Positions 29,729-39,707 of a DNA stretch of 64,000 nt are shown one piece after another. Both the position numbers and the translations under genes were made by a program. Numbering within the stretch: the stretch's first letter is position 1; each line of letters begins with the position of its first letter. The DNA lies in assembly GCA_965223265.1 (NCBI GenBank), contig OZ244999.1:8160001-8224000 (forward strand). Reading direction: 5' to 3'. The notes under the pieces are model-generated. The model was not told the DNA's origin and did no database searches. It saw only the letters and a list, made by a program, of their open reading frames with translations. Origin of the DNA: Planctomycetota bacterium. GTDB taxonomy: Bacteria > Planctomycetota > UBA8108 > SXIK01.

Positions 29729-32700
29729 TCAATTCTCTGACTCGATACTGCTGCTGATGCTTAAGGACACTTGTCCACCGTCGGCGCCCGCCGGTTCGCC
29801 GAAGCGAGGGCGGCGCAGACGCAAGCGCTTTTCAATCTCAGGGTAGCCGCTGGTGAGGAGAGCTTCGCGTACGGCAAGCAGGCGAGTGATGCCTAGCGCG
29901 ACGCATGCTTCCTTCGTGCGCCGCATGCCGTGGCGCTCCGCGCCAGGACGCAAGAGCTCGAGAATGCGATCGAGCGCTTGTTCGGTGAATCCCAGCTCGA
30001 GGTCGAAGGCCCCGACGCGAGATCGCAGCTGCTCGGCGGCATCGCTGAGTCCGGAAGTCAGCGCTGCTCGCGCTTCCGCTGCCACCCGCTGGCGTGCCGC
30101 CGTCAATGTGTCGCGCTTGCGTCGCAGCCGCGCCAGCAGATCGAGAGTGTCCTGCCGCGACGGGTTGACGCGGGCATGAGTCGTCGTCACATCCCCACCG
30201 CCGACGTCATGGCGCAGTGTGAGGACGAGGCTGTCGTCGTCGTCAAGGCGTTCGAGCAGCGGCTGAAGTGCGTTCCTGCCTTCGATGTCGAGTACGGTGC
30301 CGCCGGGGGCGAACGTGACAACGGTGGCTTCGTCTTCCACTTCTTCCTCGTCACCACCCAGTCCAACAAGGCCGCCTAGCGCGCCGGCGGCGCGAAACGC
30401 GGAACCCTGAATGGCGTTCCCGATCAAGGAGTTCAGCGCGCCCACGGCCGCTCCCGTCGCCTGCACCGCCGAGAACTCCCCGCCCGGAAGGGAAACAGGC
30501 ACGGAGAGGTCGAGAGCGCCGTTTTCATCGCGCAGCACGAAGAGCACCACGTCGAGCGGCGCGGGCAAATGAAGGTAGCGAAAGATAGGGCCATCGGGCC
30601 CCTCTGAGAGCCCGAGATCGGTGAAGCGTACACGCGAATTCGTGTCGATCGTTCCGTCTTCCTTGATGCGGACGGTGACGCCGGTGTCGAAGAGCCCGTC
30701 GGAGAGTGTCATCCCAGCCGCGGCCGCGGGGCCGCGCAGGTTCGTGAGCTCGAGGGCACTGATTCCCGCCTTGACCCAGCCTTGCAGCTTTGGCGAGAAC
30801 ACCAGTCGACCGCTCAGGACGATCTCCTCGAAAAACGGTCGCGCCTCCATCGAAGTGGAGTCTACTTCGTCCCCGGAGATTACGGCGACCGCATCGCTGA
30901 CAGCACCGACGAGCATGCCTTTGTTCGCCTTACTTGGAAGCTCGACCTTGCCGGAGCCCATGACTGCGCTAAAGCGGATCGGCAGGGGCTCGCTCAGCGC
31001 CCTCGTCGTCGCGCCTCGCACTTCGAGGTCGAGCTCGGTGAGGGGAACCTGCATGGGCGGATCGGAGACAAGATCTTCGAAAAGAAAATCGATGCCGCTG
31101 ACGAGGACCTGGTCGACGCGGATCTCGGCGGTCGTCTCTTGCTGACGGCCGACCATCTCGGACTGTCTGCCATCCGCGCTGACGTCGCCGGCAGTGTCGC
31201 CTCCTTGGTTCGCTGAGTCGCCGTTTGCCGGGTCGCGCTCTTCGGTATGAGCGCCCCGAGCCTCGGAGGCGGCAAGTTCGTCGCCGACTTCCGAGGTGGC
31301 CGTGGCGCCTTCTGGCTCCTCGGTTGCCGCGGTTTTATCTGGTTCACCCGTTTCTTCTGTTTGCTGTGTGTCCTCAGTCGCGTCGGTCGCATCTTCTGGC
31401 GCTGCTGCGGCGAGCTTGAGTGTCAGTCCTGCCGCCTCGATGCCTTCCTCGACATAGCGCAGAAGCCCTTGAGGTTTGGTCATCTCAATCAGTTTGATGT
31501 GGACGTTTCCGGAGGTCGGGTCGAATCTGGCAAGGTCGACCTGCAGCGACTCGAGACCCGCGAGTGCGCGCGGCTCGTCGGCGCTCGTCAGGCGCACTCC
31601 TTTGACCGTCAAGTCGGCACCGAATCCGTTGCGGAAATCGAAATCGAGTGCGTGTCGGCGTCTGGCTCGCAGCGTTGTTTCTATGCGGGCCGCAAAGCGT
31701 CCGTCGTTCAGTCCGTCGCCGTCGAGCTGAGAGCTGAGGCTTGGAAACGCCCGGAGCAAACCACTTCCTTCGATGCCGGTGACGAGGACATCGACAGCCG
31801 CGTGAGGCTCGATCGCAAATGGAGCTGATTCCAAACGCACCATGAACTCTGAGACGAGCGGCGAGACTTCGCCGCGCAGCTCAAGCACGGCTGGGTCGCG
31901 CTGATCTGGCTCCGGGCCGAGGAGCTCGATCTGATCGGGATTGTGGAGGCGGACGTCTTTGACTTCGATGGCATCGCCATCCGGTTCCGCCTCGCTGCGA
32001 ATGACGAAGCGGCGCAGGTTGAGATCGCATCGCGCCAGGCGCACGAGCGGTGGGAGGGACCGAAGCGCCTGCACTGCCGTCGTCTCCGCCGCGGCGATTG
32101 TCGCCTGCGCTGCCGCCGCTGGCTGCCCGGCGACTCCGGTCACCGGCGCCGCATCGAGGCTAGTGGCCGCCGTCGGGACAGCGCCGGCAGCGACTGCGGA
32201 GGGCTGGCCTTCCGGTACCGCACCGGCGGTCGCCTTCGCGGCGTGCTCGATCGACGTCGAAGAAACGTCGCCGCGCGGACGATGCATGCTCGTTTCGTCA
32301 CCGTTTTTTCTCTCGCCGCGGTTTGCCTCACTGGGCTGCGCTGCAGTCAGGCGTAGCCCGAGGAGATCGATGCCGCCATCGACTCGCAAATGCATGCGAC
32401 TCGCGAGACCGTCGAGGGCGACTTCGTCGACCTCGATGAACCCGCCTTGCGGATCGAAGCGCGCCACTTCGACGCGCAGCGAGTCGAGCTCCAAGAGCGG
32501 TGAGTCCGGTGCCGCTTGGTCGTGAAAGTTGAACGCGCTGATCTCAGCTGCGAGCCGCTGCCCGCCGTCAGCCGCGGCGCCGACGACAGCGCCCAGGTCG
32601 GCCTTCAGCTGCCCGTCGGCAAGCGTCACGTCGATGCCACTGCCCTCGAGGTACGGCGCCATGGCACCGGCTCGCAAGCCGCGCGCGACGAACGCCAGCT

Positions 32701-35700
32701 GCGTGGATTGCTCGTCGAGGCCGAGAGTGACGTTCCCCTTGAGGGAGAGCTCATCAAGCGTGTCGGCGATCGCGACGCGAACGTCGACGCTTCCAGGTTT
32801 CGGACTAGCGGCGCCAATGTCCAGTTGATCGACCGCGACGTCAACACGAACATGGGTGTCGACAGCCGGCGTCACGACCGCGTCGGCCCAATCGACTCGA
32901 GCTGCTTCGACGCGCAAACGTTCCAGTTGGATGGAGGCGGCTTCTGGACGCTCGCTTCGGGTCTCGACGTTTGCAGCTGTTTCATCGCTCGCGGCGTCGG
33001 TCTTCGTGGCTGCGATCTGCTGTGGAGGCGTTCGATCGCTTGCCTGACTTGCCGTCGGCGAAAGGGCGGAGTCCCGGTTGGCTCCGTCCGGGCCTTCGCG
33101 ACTGCTTTGCGGCGGCGCCAGAATCAATCCCGCTGCTGCGATCGAACCGTCGGGCCGCCGTTCGACGTTCGCGCGCGGGCGTACGAGTTCAACGTTTCCG
33201 ATTCGGAGTGCAGCGCGCTGCGCTACGACGTCTTCGACCGCCAGACGCTCGATGGCTACGAGTTCGGCCTCGCCGTCGGTCAAGCGCACCCCCTCGAGGC
33301 TCAAGCGCACGGCCGTGCCTGCGTCGTCGTCACTGTCTTCGGAAGCGATCGGCTGCGCCGCCGCACGCAGACTGAACTGTAGTCGACCCGCGGTCAGCGC
33401 CGAGGCGAGTCCCGCTTGCTCCAGATAGGGCTGCAGCGCGGCGGCGGTGATTCCGTCAGCGTCGACCGTCATACTCAGGGCGGGATGTTGGGGCAGGCCG
33501 CGCAGCTCGCCGTCGAGGGTGAAGTTCTCCACCGCACCGGGGAGTCGAAAACCACCTTTGAGCTGCGCCGCGGCGTCTGCATCCGAGGCCGCCGTGACGG
33601 CATCGACGGTGACATCTGCGGCTCCGAGTTCGAGGTCGACGAGCTGCAGCTTTGCCGCTGGCTGCACAGCCTCGTCAGTCCAGGCGAGCTCGGTGGCGGC
33701 GAACTGAATCCTACCGACATGGAGCCGCGGTGCCTCCCGGTGATGAGGTGCCCCCTCGGCGCCTGACTTGGTCTCACGGTTGGCTGCCGTAGCTGCAACC
33801 GGATTGGGTGCAGCTTCTTCCTTTGCGTCGCTGATGCGCGTGGTCATGCTGTCGTGTCGCGAGACGCCATTTGGCAGTACGCGGATGCCGAGCGCGGAAA
33901 GGACGCCGTCTTCGCTGCGCGCTGCCGCGCTTTCGAGACCGACGATTTCGATCGCGTCAATGTCGATCGCTAGACGTCGCGTCGTCGTCTGGGTCGCCGC
34001 TGCTTCCGTCGCAGTGCTCGAGTCTTGCGCTTGAGTCGGGTTCGAGGCGGACTCTAGAGGAGCGATCTGGATGCCCGAGACCTCGATGCGATCGAGCGCG
34101 GCGTGGCGCGTTGGGCCGTCTTGAAAGATCAAATCCTTGAGTCGCACCGCGGCTTGGACGCGCTCCGCCGTGCGTTCAAAGTCCGCCGAGAGGCTGCACG
34201 TCAGCGCACCGTCTTCGAGCTCATGAGTCAGCCCCGCCGCTGTCAGATAGGGCGTGACCGCGTCGGGCGCGATGCCGTTAGCTGCCAGCGACAGGCTGAG
34301 CGAGGCGGCGCTGCTGGAGAAGCGGCCGCTGCCGTTCAGCTCGACGGATCCCGCGACGTCGGGAAAGCTCAGCTGTGTGCGCAGGTTCCAATTCTGCTCT
34401 GGTGTGTCGGGCTTAGAATCGATGTCGAGCGTCGAAGAAACAAGCCGCGCCTCCAAATGCGTCGCCGGCTGCGTCGAGTGATCGTCGAAAAGGCCTGCGA
34501 AGTCTTCGAGAGAGAGTCTTTTGAGTGTGACGGTGAATGACGTGCTCGCTACGTCATTGGCGGCGGCAACGGCGTCGCCGTCACCGTCACCATCTCCGGA
34601 CGCTCCCGTTTCGTTCTCCGGAGTCGGTGCTGCGGAACCGTCGGAGCTGCTCGCTTTGTCGTTGTCGCGAACGACGACGTCGGTCGCGGCAGCCGCATCG
34701 GCGTAACTGTCCGGTTGGTCAACGTCACTGCTGGTCGCGCCGCCAAACTGCAGTCCCGCGACCTCCAGCGCGCCGTTTTCCTGTCGCGCGGCGCTCGCCG
34801 ATACGCCCGCGATCGAAGTCTCCTCGATCGTCAGGTGACGTTTGGTCAGTTCTGCGATGGTGACGATCAGTCGCCCGAGCGACGCAGCTTCGTTGCCGTC
34901 CGCCTGCAGCGTGAGGCCGCTCAGCTCAAGACTGCCAGCGACGGCCGTGCCGGGCTCGGTTGGCTCGTCCGATTTGGCTGCATCGGTCGTCGAATCAGGT
35001 GCCGGCAGTGCCTCGAGGTGTACAGCGCCGTCGAAGCCGAAATCGATGCTTTGTGCATGGGCGCGGGCACCCGCGGCATGGAGATATCCCGCCAGGGATT
35101 TAGGCTGCAGACCGCGGCCGACGACTTTGAAGTCATAGTCGAGTTTGCGATGATTCGACGTACCGAGCGCTTCGACGCGCAAGCTTTCGAACAGCGGCGG
35201 CGAGGTGATCGCGAGGTCGAAACGTGTCGGTCGTGCCGTCGAGCCGAGATTCGAGATGCGCAGGTTGAGATCGAGTCGCGTGTCGATCGGCGGTGACACG
35301 CTCAGGTCGCGAAAACGTGTCTGCACATGCTGCAGCCGCAGCGCGTTGAGTTCGAAGGGAAGGGCGAGATCGATGAGCTGGGCTTCGTCTGCAGCGCGCT
35401 CCTCTGTGGTCGTCGGCTCGGGCTCGGGCGGCGCATCGTCGCGGCGAAGAAAGCGTTCGAGCCCAGGGAAGGCGCCCGTCGCATCTCGTTCGATCAATAC
35501 GTCCATGCCGTCGACCTCGACGCGGCGAACGACCAGCCGGCCGAAAAACAGCTGCGCGATCGCAACGTCCGCGCGGCAATACTCAAGCTCGACCAGATCA
35601 TCTTCGACGCGCGCGTCAGCGTCGCTGGCTGGCGGATCGACTGCTGTCGTGCCGTCCGCTGAATCGTTCGCCGCAGCGCGGCGAGGCGAGATGTTGAGGT

Positions 35701-36010
35701 GCCACAGTTCAAGGTCGCCCGTGAGCAGGTTCAAGTGAAGACGCTCGTACTCGCAGCCGAGATCGTAGTCGGCGAAGGAGCTCCGCAGAATCGACGGAAG
35801 CGCGAGCCAGAGCGTCACCCGTAGGATCACCGCGATGACGACGAGCGTGACGAACGACCACCAGAGGCGACGCCTCCAGCGTCCCCGCTTCTTCGTCGGC
35901 GCGACCGGTGGTTGCGCTTGGGGTTCCACCGTCGAAGCAGCTTCGCCTCGAGCGCCGTTAGGAGGTTGGGGCGTGGCGGCGCTGTCTTCAGGGGGTCTCG
36001 AGTCGGTCAC
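29729..36010 (-). CDS. Giant DUF748 / AsmA-like repeat protein (about 2093 aa), N-terminal membrane anchor
   Basis: GTG start overlaps the upstream stop (GTGA); RRRLWW-TM anchor; repeated beta-rich modules (e.g. LAGYL..AG, VTPYL..AG, LQPYL..AG, MAPYL..SG; F.D.S..P) separated by acidic low-complexity linkers; LRDENGALDLSVPVS and C-terminal VTFAPGG OmpA-like region, as seen in DUF748 proteins. Confidence 0.75.
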   Translation of the reverse strand: MTDSRPPEDSAATPQPPNGARGEAASTVEPQAQPPVAPTKKRGRWRRRLWWSFVTLVVIAVILRVTLWLALPSILRSSFADYDLGCEYERLHLNLLTGDLELWHLNISPRRAAANDSADGTTAVDPPASDADARVEDDLVELEYCRADVAIAQLFFGRLVVRRVEVDGMDVLIERDATGAFPGLERFLRRDDAPPEPEPTTTEERAADEAQLIDLALPFELNALRLQHVQTRFRDLSVSPPIDTRLDLNLRISNLGSTARPTRFDLAITSPPLFESLRVEALGTSNHRKLDYDFKVVGRGLQPKSLAGYLHAAGARAHAQSIDFGFDGAVHLEALPAPDSTTDAAKSDEPTEPGTAVAGSLELSGLTLQADGNEAASLGRLIVTIAELTKRHLTIEETSIAGVSASAARQENGALEVAGLQFGGATSSDVDQPDSYADAAAATDVVVRDNDKASSSDGSAAPTPENETGASGDGDGDGDAVAAANDVASTSFTVTLKRLSLEDFAGLFDDHSTQPATHLEARLVSSTLDIDSKPDTPEQNWNLRTQLSFPDVAGSVELNGSGRFSSSAASLSLSLAANGIAPDAVTPYLTAAGLTHELEDGALTCSLSADFERTAERVQAAVRLKDLIFQDGPTRHAALDRIEVSGIQIAPLESASNPTQAQDSSTATEAAATQTTTRRLAIDIDAIEIVGLESAAARSEDGVLSALGIRVLPNGVSRHDSMTTRISDAKEEAAPNPVAATAANRETKSGAEGAPHHREAPRLHVGRIQFAATELAWTDEAVQPAAKLQLVDLELGAADVTVDAVTAASDADAAAQLKGGFRLPGAVENFTLDGELRGLPQHPALSMTVDADGITAAALQPYLEQAGLASALTAGRLQFSLRAAAQPIASEDSDDDAGTAVRLSLEGVRLTDGEAELVAIERLAVEDVVAQRAALRIGNVELVRPRANVERRPDGSIAAAGLILAPPQSSREGPDGANRDSALSPTASQASDRTPPQQIAATKTDAASDETAANVETRSERPEAASIQLERLRVEAARVDWADAVVTPAVDTHVRVDVAVDQLDIGAASPKPGSVDVRVAIADTLDELSLKGNVTLGLDEQSTQLAFVARGLRAGAMAPYLEGSGIDVTLADGQLKADLGAVVGAAADGGQRLAAEISAFNFHDQAAPDSPLLELDSLRVEVARFDPQGGFIEVDEVALDGLASRMHLRVDGGIDLLGLRLTAAQPSEANRGERKNGDETSMHRPRGDVSSTSIEHAAKATAGAVPEGQPSAVAAGAVPTAATSLDAAPVTGVAGQPAAAAQATIAAAETTAVQALRSLPPLVRLARCDLNLRRFVIRSEAEPDGDAIEVKDVRLHNPDQIELLGPEPDQRDPAVLELRGEVSPLVSEFMVRLESAPFAIEPHAAVDVLVTGIEGSGLLRAFPSLSSQLDGDGLNDGRFAARIETTLRARRRHALDFDFRNGFGADLTVKGVRLTSADEPRALAGLESLQVDLARFDPTSGNVHIKLIEMTKPQGLLRYVEEGIEAAGLTLKLAAAAPEDATDATEDTQQTEETGEPDKTAATEEPEGATATSEVGDELAASEARGAHTEERDPANGDSANQGGDTAGDVSADGRQSEMVGRQQETTAEIRVDQVLVSGIDFLFEDLVSDPPMQVPLTELDLEVRGATTRALSEPLPIRFSAVMGSGKVELPSKANKGMLVGAVSDAVAVISGDEVDSTSMEARPFFEEIVLSGRLVFSPKLQGWVKAGISALELTNLRGPAAAAGMTLSDGLFDTGVTVRIKEDGTIDTNSRVRFTDLGLSEGPDGPIFRYLHLPAPLDVVLFVLRDENGALDLSVPVSLPGGEFSAVQATGAAVGALNSLIGNAIQGSAFRAAGALGGLVGLGGDEEEVEDEATVVTFAPGGTVLDIEGRNALQPLLERLDDDDSLVLTLRHDVGGGDVTTTHARVNPSRQDTLDLLARLRRKRDTLTAARQRVAAEARAALTSGLSDAAEQLRSRVGAFDLELGFTEQALDRILELLRPGAERHGMRRTKEACVALGITRLLAVREALLTSGYPEIEKRLRLRRPRFGEPAGADGGQVSLSISSSIESEN

Positions 36011-37560
36011 TTCGGAGCTCCTGCGCCCGCGGCCTGCGCATCGCTTGCCGCCCGCGCCAGCGCAGCACGGCGCTTCTTGGTATCCGCCAGCGGGTCGTAG
36101 CCCGGCGGCGCAGCATCGCGGTCGTCGAGCCAGTCGAACGCTCGCAATCGCGCCGCGGGCGAGTTGTCTTCGAGGAAGACCAAGTTCTCTTCTCTGAGCC
36201 GATGATAGAACTCCTCGACGGAGCGAGAGCGTGCGACGACTTCGGCCAAAGTCGAGGCATCGCGTCCGACTTCGCCGGCGTGTCGGAGAATGATGCTCTC
36301 CAGATTCGGCGCCATCCGATCGGCCTGGAGGCGCTGCGCGAGGACGCTCGCGGCGCCGCTTTCGAGCAGCCACGCGAGGCTACCAATATCAGCCGGCGGC
36401 GTTTTCTGGCGCTGCGCATCGATCTGTTGCCACAGCTCCTTGAGTGTGAGCACGTCCGCCGCGAGAATCACATCTTGGCCGAGCGGCGCGCCGCTGTGAA
36501 CGGCGAGGTAGAGAAGCGACGGGCGCAGATCTCGAGCGCGTGGAAGTTCTCCAAGAACGTTCGTCATTGCCGACCACTCCGAAGCGGCGGGAGACGGCGC
36601 CGCAGCTTTGCGCGCCGCATCGCGCGCTTCGCGTTCAAGGTCGTCCGCACATTGGGCGACGACACGCACGTGCTGAGTGCGCGCGAGCTCGTCGAGGTCC
36701 TGTGGCGTGTCGACGCGCAGCAGGACGACGAGCCCGGCAGCGTTTCCGACAGCGAACGGTGACGGCAGGGCGATCGCGGTGCGGGCAGCTTTCGCGACCG
36801 GACGCGCATGGAAGAGAACTTGCTCCCGTTGTCTCACGATTTCGTTTGCCGCGGAACTGCCGGCGGCTGCGGCTTGGCTACCGTTGCTACCGTTCGATGT
36901 GGTCGCGGCGTCGGGCTCGATTTCGGGCAGTTCATCAGGCTCCAGACTCGCGAAGCCATCGAGAAAAAGGGCCACACGGACGGTGTCTCCGTCAACTTCG
37001 GCCGATGAGCGCGTCACTTGAATCTCAACGGCGCCGTCGGAGCTAACGGCGGCTCGGTCGTCGGCGCTGCTGGACTCGTCGGCGTTGGGGCGGATGAGAA
37101 AACGCGCCGTGACCTTCTTCGGCAAGGCAGCCTCGAGGTGCTTTAGACGCTGCCAGCGTCCGCCGCTCTTCTCGAGAAGCGACAAAAGATCTGCGGGGGA
37201 ATCGAACGCGCCGATGCGGGCGTCGCGCGTCAGGCGCGCCGCGGGCAGGATCGGGATACCGCCGCGCGACACTGACACCAGTTGCACTTCTTCTTCGAGC
37301 GGCAGCAGCACGTCGAGCGGCAGGCGCTCGAACGCGAAGAGCTCGGCGACGACGCGCAGAGCGTCCTCCAGCTGCGGCGCTTCCTTGCGTTCGAGCTGCG
37401 GCCCCGAGAGTGCTGAGCCGCGAAAGTGGCTCACGGTTGCCTGCAGCTCAGGCGGTTGCAACTCCGGGGGCGGCGGTGGACCCTGACAGGAGATGCAAAT
37501 GCTAACGCAGACGGCGGCCGTCCATCGGCTGACGTTCGGCACTCGGTCTCTCTTGAGCAC
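36007..37560 (-). CDS. Hypothetical lipoprotein
   Basis: 517-aa ORF; signal peptide ending CISC followed by a Pro-rich linker; translationally coupled to the DUF748 gene. Confidence 0.7.
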   Translation of the reverse strand: MLKRDRVPNVSRWTAAVCVSICISCQGPPPPPELQPPELQATVSHFRGSALSGPQLERKEAPQLEDALRVVAELFAFERLPLDVLLPLEEEVQLVSVSRGGIPILPAARLTRDARIGAFDSPADLLSLLEKSGGRWQRLKHLEAALPKKVTARFLIRPNADESSSADDRAAVSSDGAVEIQVTRSSAEVDGDTVRVALFLDGFASLEPDELPEIEPDAATTSNGSNGSQAAAAGSSAANEIVRQREQVLFHARPVAKAARTAIALPSPFAVGNAAGLVVLLRVDTPQDLDELARTQHVRVVAQCADDLEREARDAARKAAAPSPAASEWSAMTNVLGELPRARDLRPSLLYLAVHSGAPLGQDVILAADVLTLKELWQQIDAQRQKTPPADIGSLAWLLESGAASVLAQRLQADRMAPNLESIILRHAGEVGRDASTLAEVVARSRSVEEFYHRLREENLVFLEDNSPAARLRAFDWLDDRDAAPPGYDPLADTKKRRAALARAASDAQAAGAGAPK

Positions 37561-37928
37561 TCTGACGATAGCCCTCTCTGGCGAAGATCCTCACGACGCA
37601 GGTCGTGACCCGACGCAAAAAGCCTGTTCACGAGCGACTGTCACAAAACGACAGTCACAACGACTCCGATCCAAAGGTCCCCGCCGCACGTCAACTCAAG
37701 AGACCAAGTTTGGATCAGTTTCGGGTATGCGTCAAGGCTTGTAGAGAGTCAAGACGGAAGCTTCGGCGGATGGCGCCCCTCCAGTCCGACGCTCCGGGGT
37801 GTGCCCAGAATCGTCCTCGCGCACGCTACGCAGCTCAACCGGCAAGCTGGCGCCGTGACGTGAGGAGGTGCTCACGCGCACGTGCGCCAGGCTCGCAGAT
37901 GGAGAAGACGTTGGTCGCCTCGCGGCGG

Positions 37929-39359
37929 CTAAAGCGACTTGAGGTATTCGACCAGGTCGTCCTTTTCATTCGCCTCGAGTCCTAGGCCGAATGTCGTGTC
38001 GTAGTGCGTCACGACGTCGAGAAGCGTGGCGAAACGCCCGTCGTGATAGAAGCCACCTTTCATGTGCGTCCAGAGCCCCTTGAGCGGCGACGTGCGGTAG
38101 CCTCGCTCGGGAGAACGGTTCGCCTGAAAGTCATCGATGCCGATTTCCTCCGGCGAGTGGAGATTCCACCCGGGCTCAGTGAAAAGCGGCGGCACGTGAC
38201 AAGTCGCGCAGTTCGCCTTGCCGCCGAAAATGGCGCGGCCGCGCGCTGCCGCATCGGCGTCGTAACTTCCGCGTGGCGGCTTTGGGGCGCGTAGCGCCAG
38301 CTGGTACATTTGCAGCGCCGGCAGCTTTGCGGTCACCAGGTCGTTGTCGGTGCGAATGTTGCCGAATCCGTTCGCGGCGGCAACGGGAAATCGCTCGGCG
38401 TCGTTCAGGCGTGGGTCGTAGAGCGTGCCTTGACCGCCCATTTCGAGAACCGCGACGAACGCGTTCCAGTGGCTCACCCCACCCCAGCCGGTCCACGTGT
38501 GCAGGTTGACGCCGGCGAGTCCAAAGGCCGGCGGAATCAGTACGGCTGCCGGTCGGTCGTCCGGACGAAATGCCTTGCCGTCAAGAAGAAGGCTGGCGTC
38601 GAACTTGCCGGGGCCCCAGCTGCCCAGAACTGTGCGCACGGTCTCCTCATCGACATTCAACAGCGTCGTGAATGGGCTCAGGTCTGGGGCCAGCGAGATG
38701 ATGGTGCCGACGTTCAGGTCGCGGTTCGCCCAGCCGTCGAGGCGTCTGCCGATTCCTGGTGCGAACGAATCGTCTACGGTGGAATGGCAAAGGGCACATT
38801 GGATGCCCATGGAGACGATTTTGCCCTCGTCGTCGAACTTCCCTGTGACACCGACGACAGCGTTGAGACGGAGAAGAAGGACGGTCACCGCCGGATCGGT
38901 CAGATCGACCTCGCCGGCGAGCAGTTGACGTTTGACGGCGCGCGGCAGCGCCTCCGAGTCGACCTTGAGACCGACAGCGAGAGCGGTTTCGGGGCTGACC
39001 CCCGGGCCAACGCCACCGAGCGCCTCCCCTGCCAGCGCCTCGTGAAGCCGCAAAGTGTCGCCCCAGAACACCTCGTCGCCGAAGGTGTCGTAGCGGAAGA
39101 TCCGGCGCCCTTCGCGCACCGCGTCGGCGGCAGCAAGGACGACGGAGTCTGCTGCGCGCCGGTGATGTCGAGCCTGAGTCGATCGCAGGCCCGGGCGTAC
39201 GCGCTCGCGGGCCGCGGTTGAGGAGATGGAGAAGATCGTCCATAGGATCGCTAGAGGCAAGACGAACAGGACGCATCGACGCAGCTTGGTGCTGACGGAG
39301 CTTGAACTCGAGGCGGCGGGATTTGGTGCGTTACGACTTTGACGCGATGACATAGACAT
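37929..39359 (-). CDS. Secreted di-heme cytochrome c of unknown function
   Basis: Signal/TM segment; two CxxCH motifs (CALCH, CATCH); C-terminal YRTSPLKGLW..GGFYHDGRFATLLDVV.HY...DLVEYLKSL resembles the CcP/MauG/RoxA-like C-terminus. Confidence 0.85.
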   Translation of the reverse strand: MSMSSRQSRNAPNPAASSSSSVSTKLRRCVLFVLPLAILWTIFSISSTAARERVRPGLRSTQARHHRRAADSVVLAAADAVREGRRIFRYDTFGDEVFWGDTLRLHEALAGEALGGVGPGVSPETALAVGLKVDSEALPRAVKRQLLAGEVDLTDPAVTVLLLRLNAVVGVTGKFDDEGKIVSMGIQCALCHSTVDDSFAPGIGRRLDGWANRDLNVGTIISLAPDLSPFTTLLNVDEETVRTVLGSWGPGKFDASLLLDGKAFRPDDRPAAVLIPPAFGLAGVNLHTWTGWGGVSHWNAFVAVLEMGGQGTLYDPRLNDAERFPVAAANGFGNIRTDNDLVTAKLPALQMYQLALRAPKPPRGSYDADAAARGRAIFGGKANCATCHVPPLFTEPGWNLHSPEEIGIDDFQANRSPERGYRTSPLKGLWTHMKGGFYHDGRFATLLDVVTHYDTTFGLGLEANEKDDLVEYLKSL

Positions 39360-39459
39360 AACACCTCTTCAGGTAAAGGTCTGAGATTTGGCAGCGCGCG
39401 AAAAAAGGCGCGTCGCGACTGCGGACGGCAGCCGCAGCGAGCGGCTGACCCCGTACCGT

Positions 39460-39512
39460 TTGGATCCGCGTCGTGCTGAAAGGTGACACGTTTTTTTCGC
39501 GATTGGATCCGC
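39460..39512 (-). promoter_or_regulatory. Direct repeat GCGGATCCAA x2 between the cytochrome and ECF genes; candidate ECF promoter elements
   Basis: TTGGATCCGC at 39460-39469 and 39503-39512 on the + strand, upstream of the cytochrome gene. Function inferred only. Confidence 0.3.
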
Positions 39513-39707
39513 CGGGACGGGGGCTGGCTTTTTCCGTGTCGTTCGTTCGCACCAAGCGAGCGACAACAATAGCTCGGTACGAGTTAGCCTGCAGTTTGTG
39601 TGGCGGGAAAAAGAAGGAGCGCTGCGACCCTTCTCTTCGTATTAGATGGAAGGCGAAACATAGCAAGCAGAAGCGCCGAAGTCTCCTCAAGCCGCCGGAA
39701 GTGCACC

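Noticed and set aside
36011-36373. N-terminal 121 aa of the 2214-aa ORF, and similar extensions at 49165, 26634 and 5071
   Set aside because: They overlap upstream genes; coupled starts at stop/start junctions give more plausible proteins.
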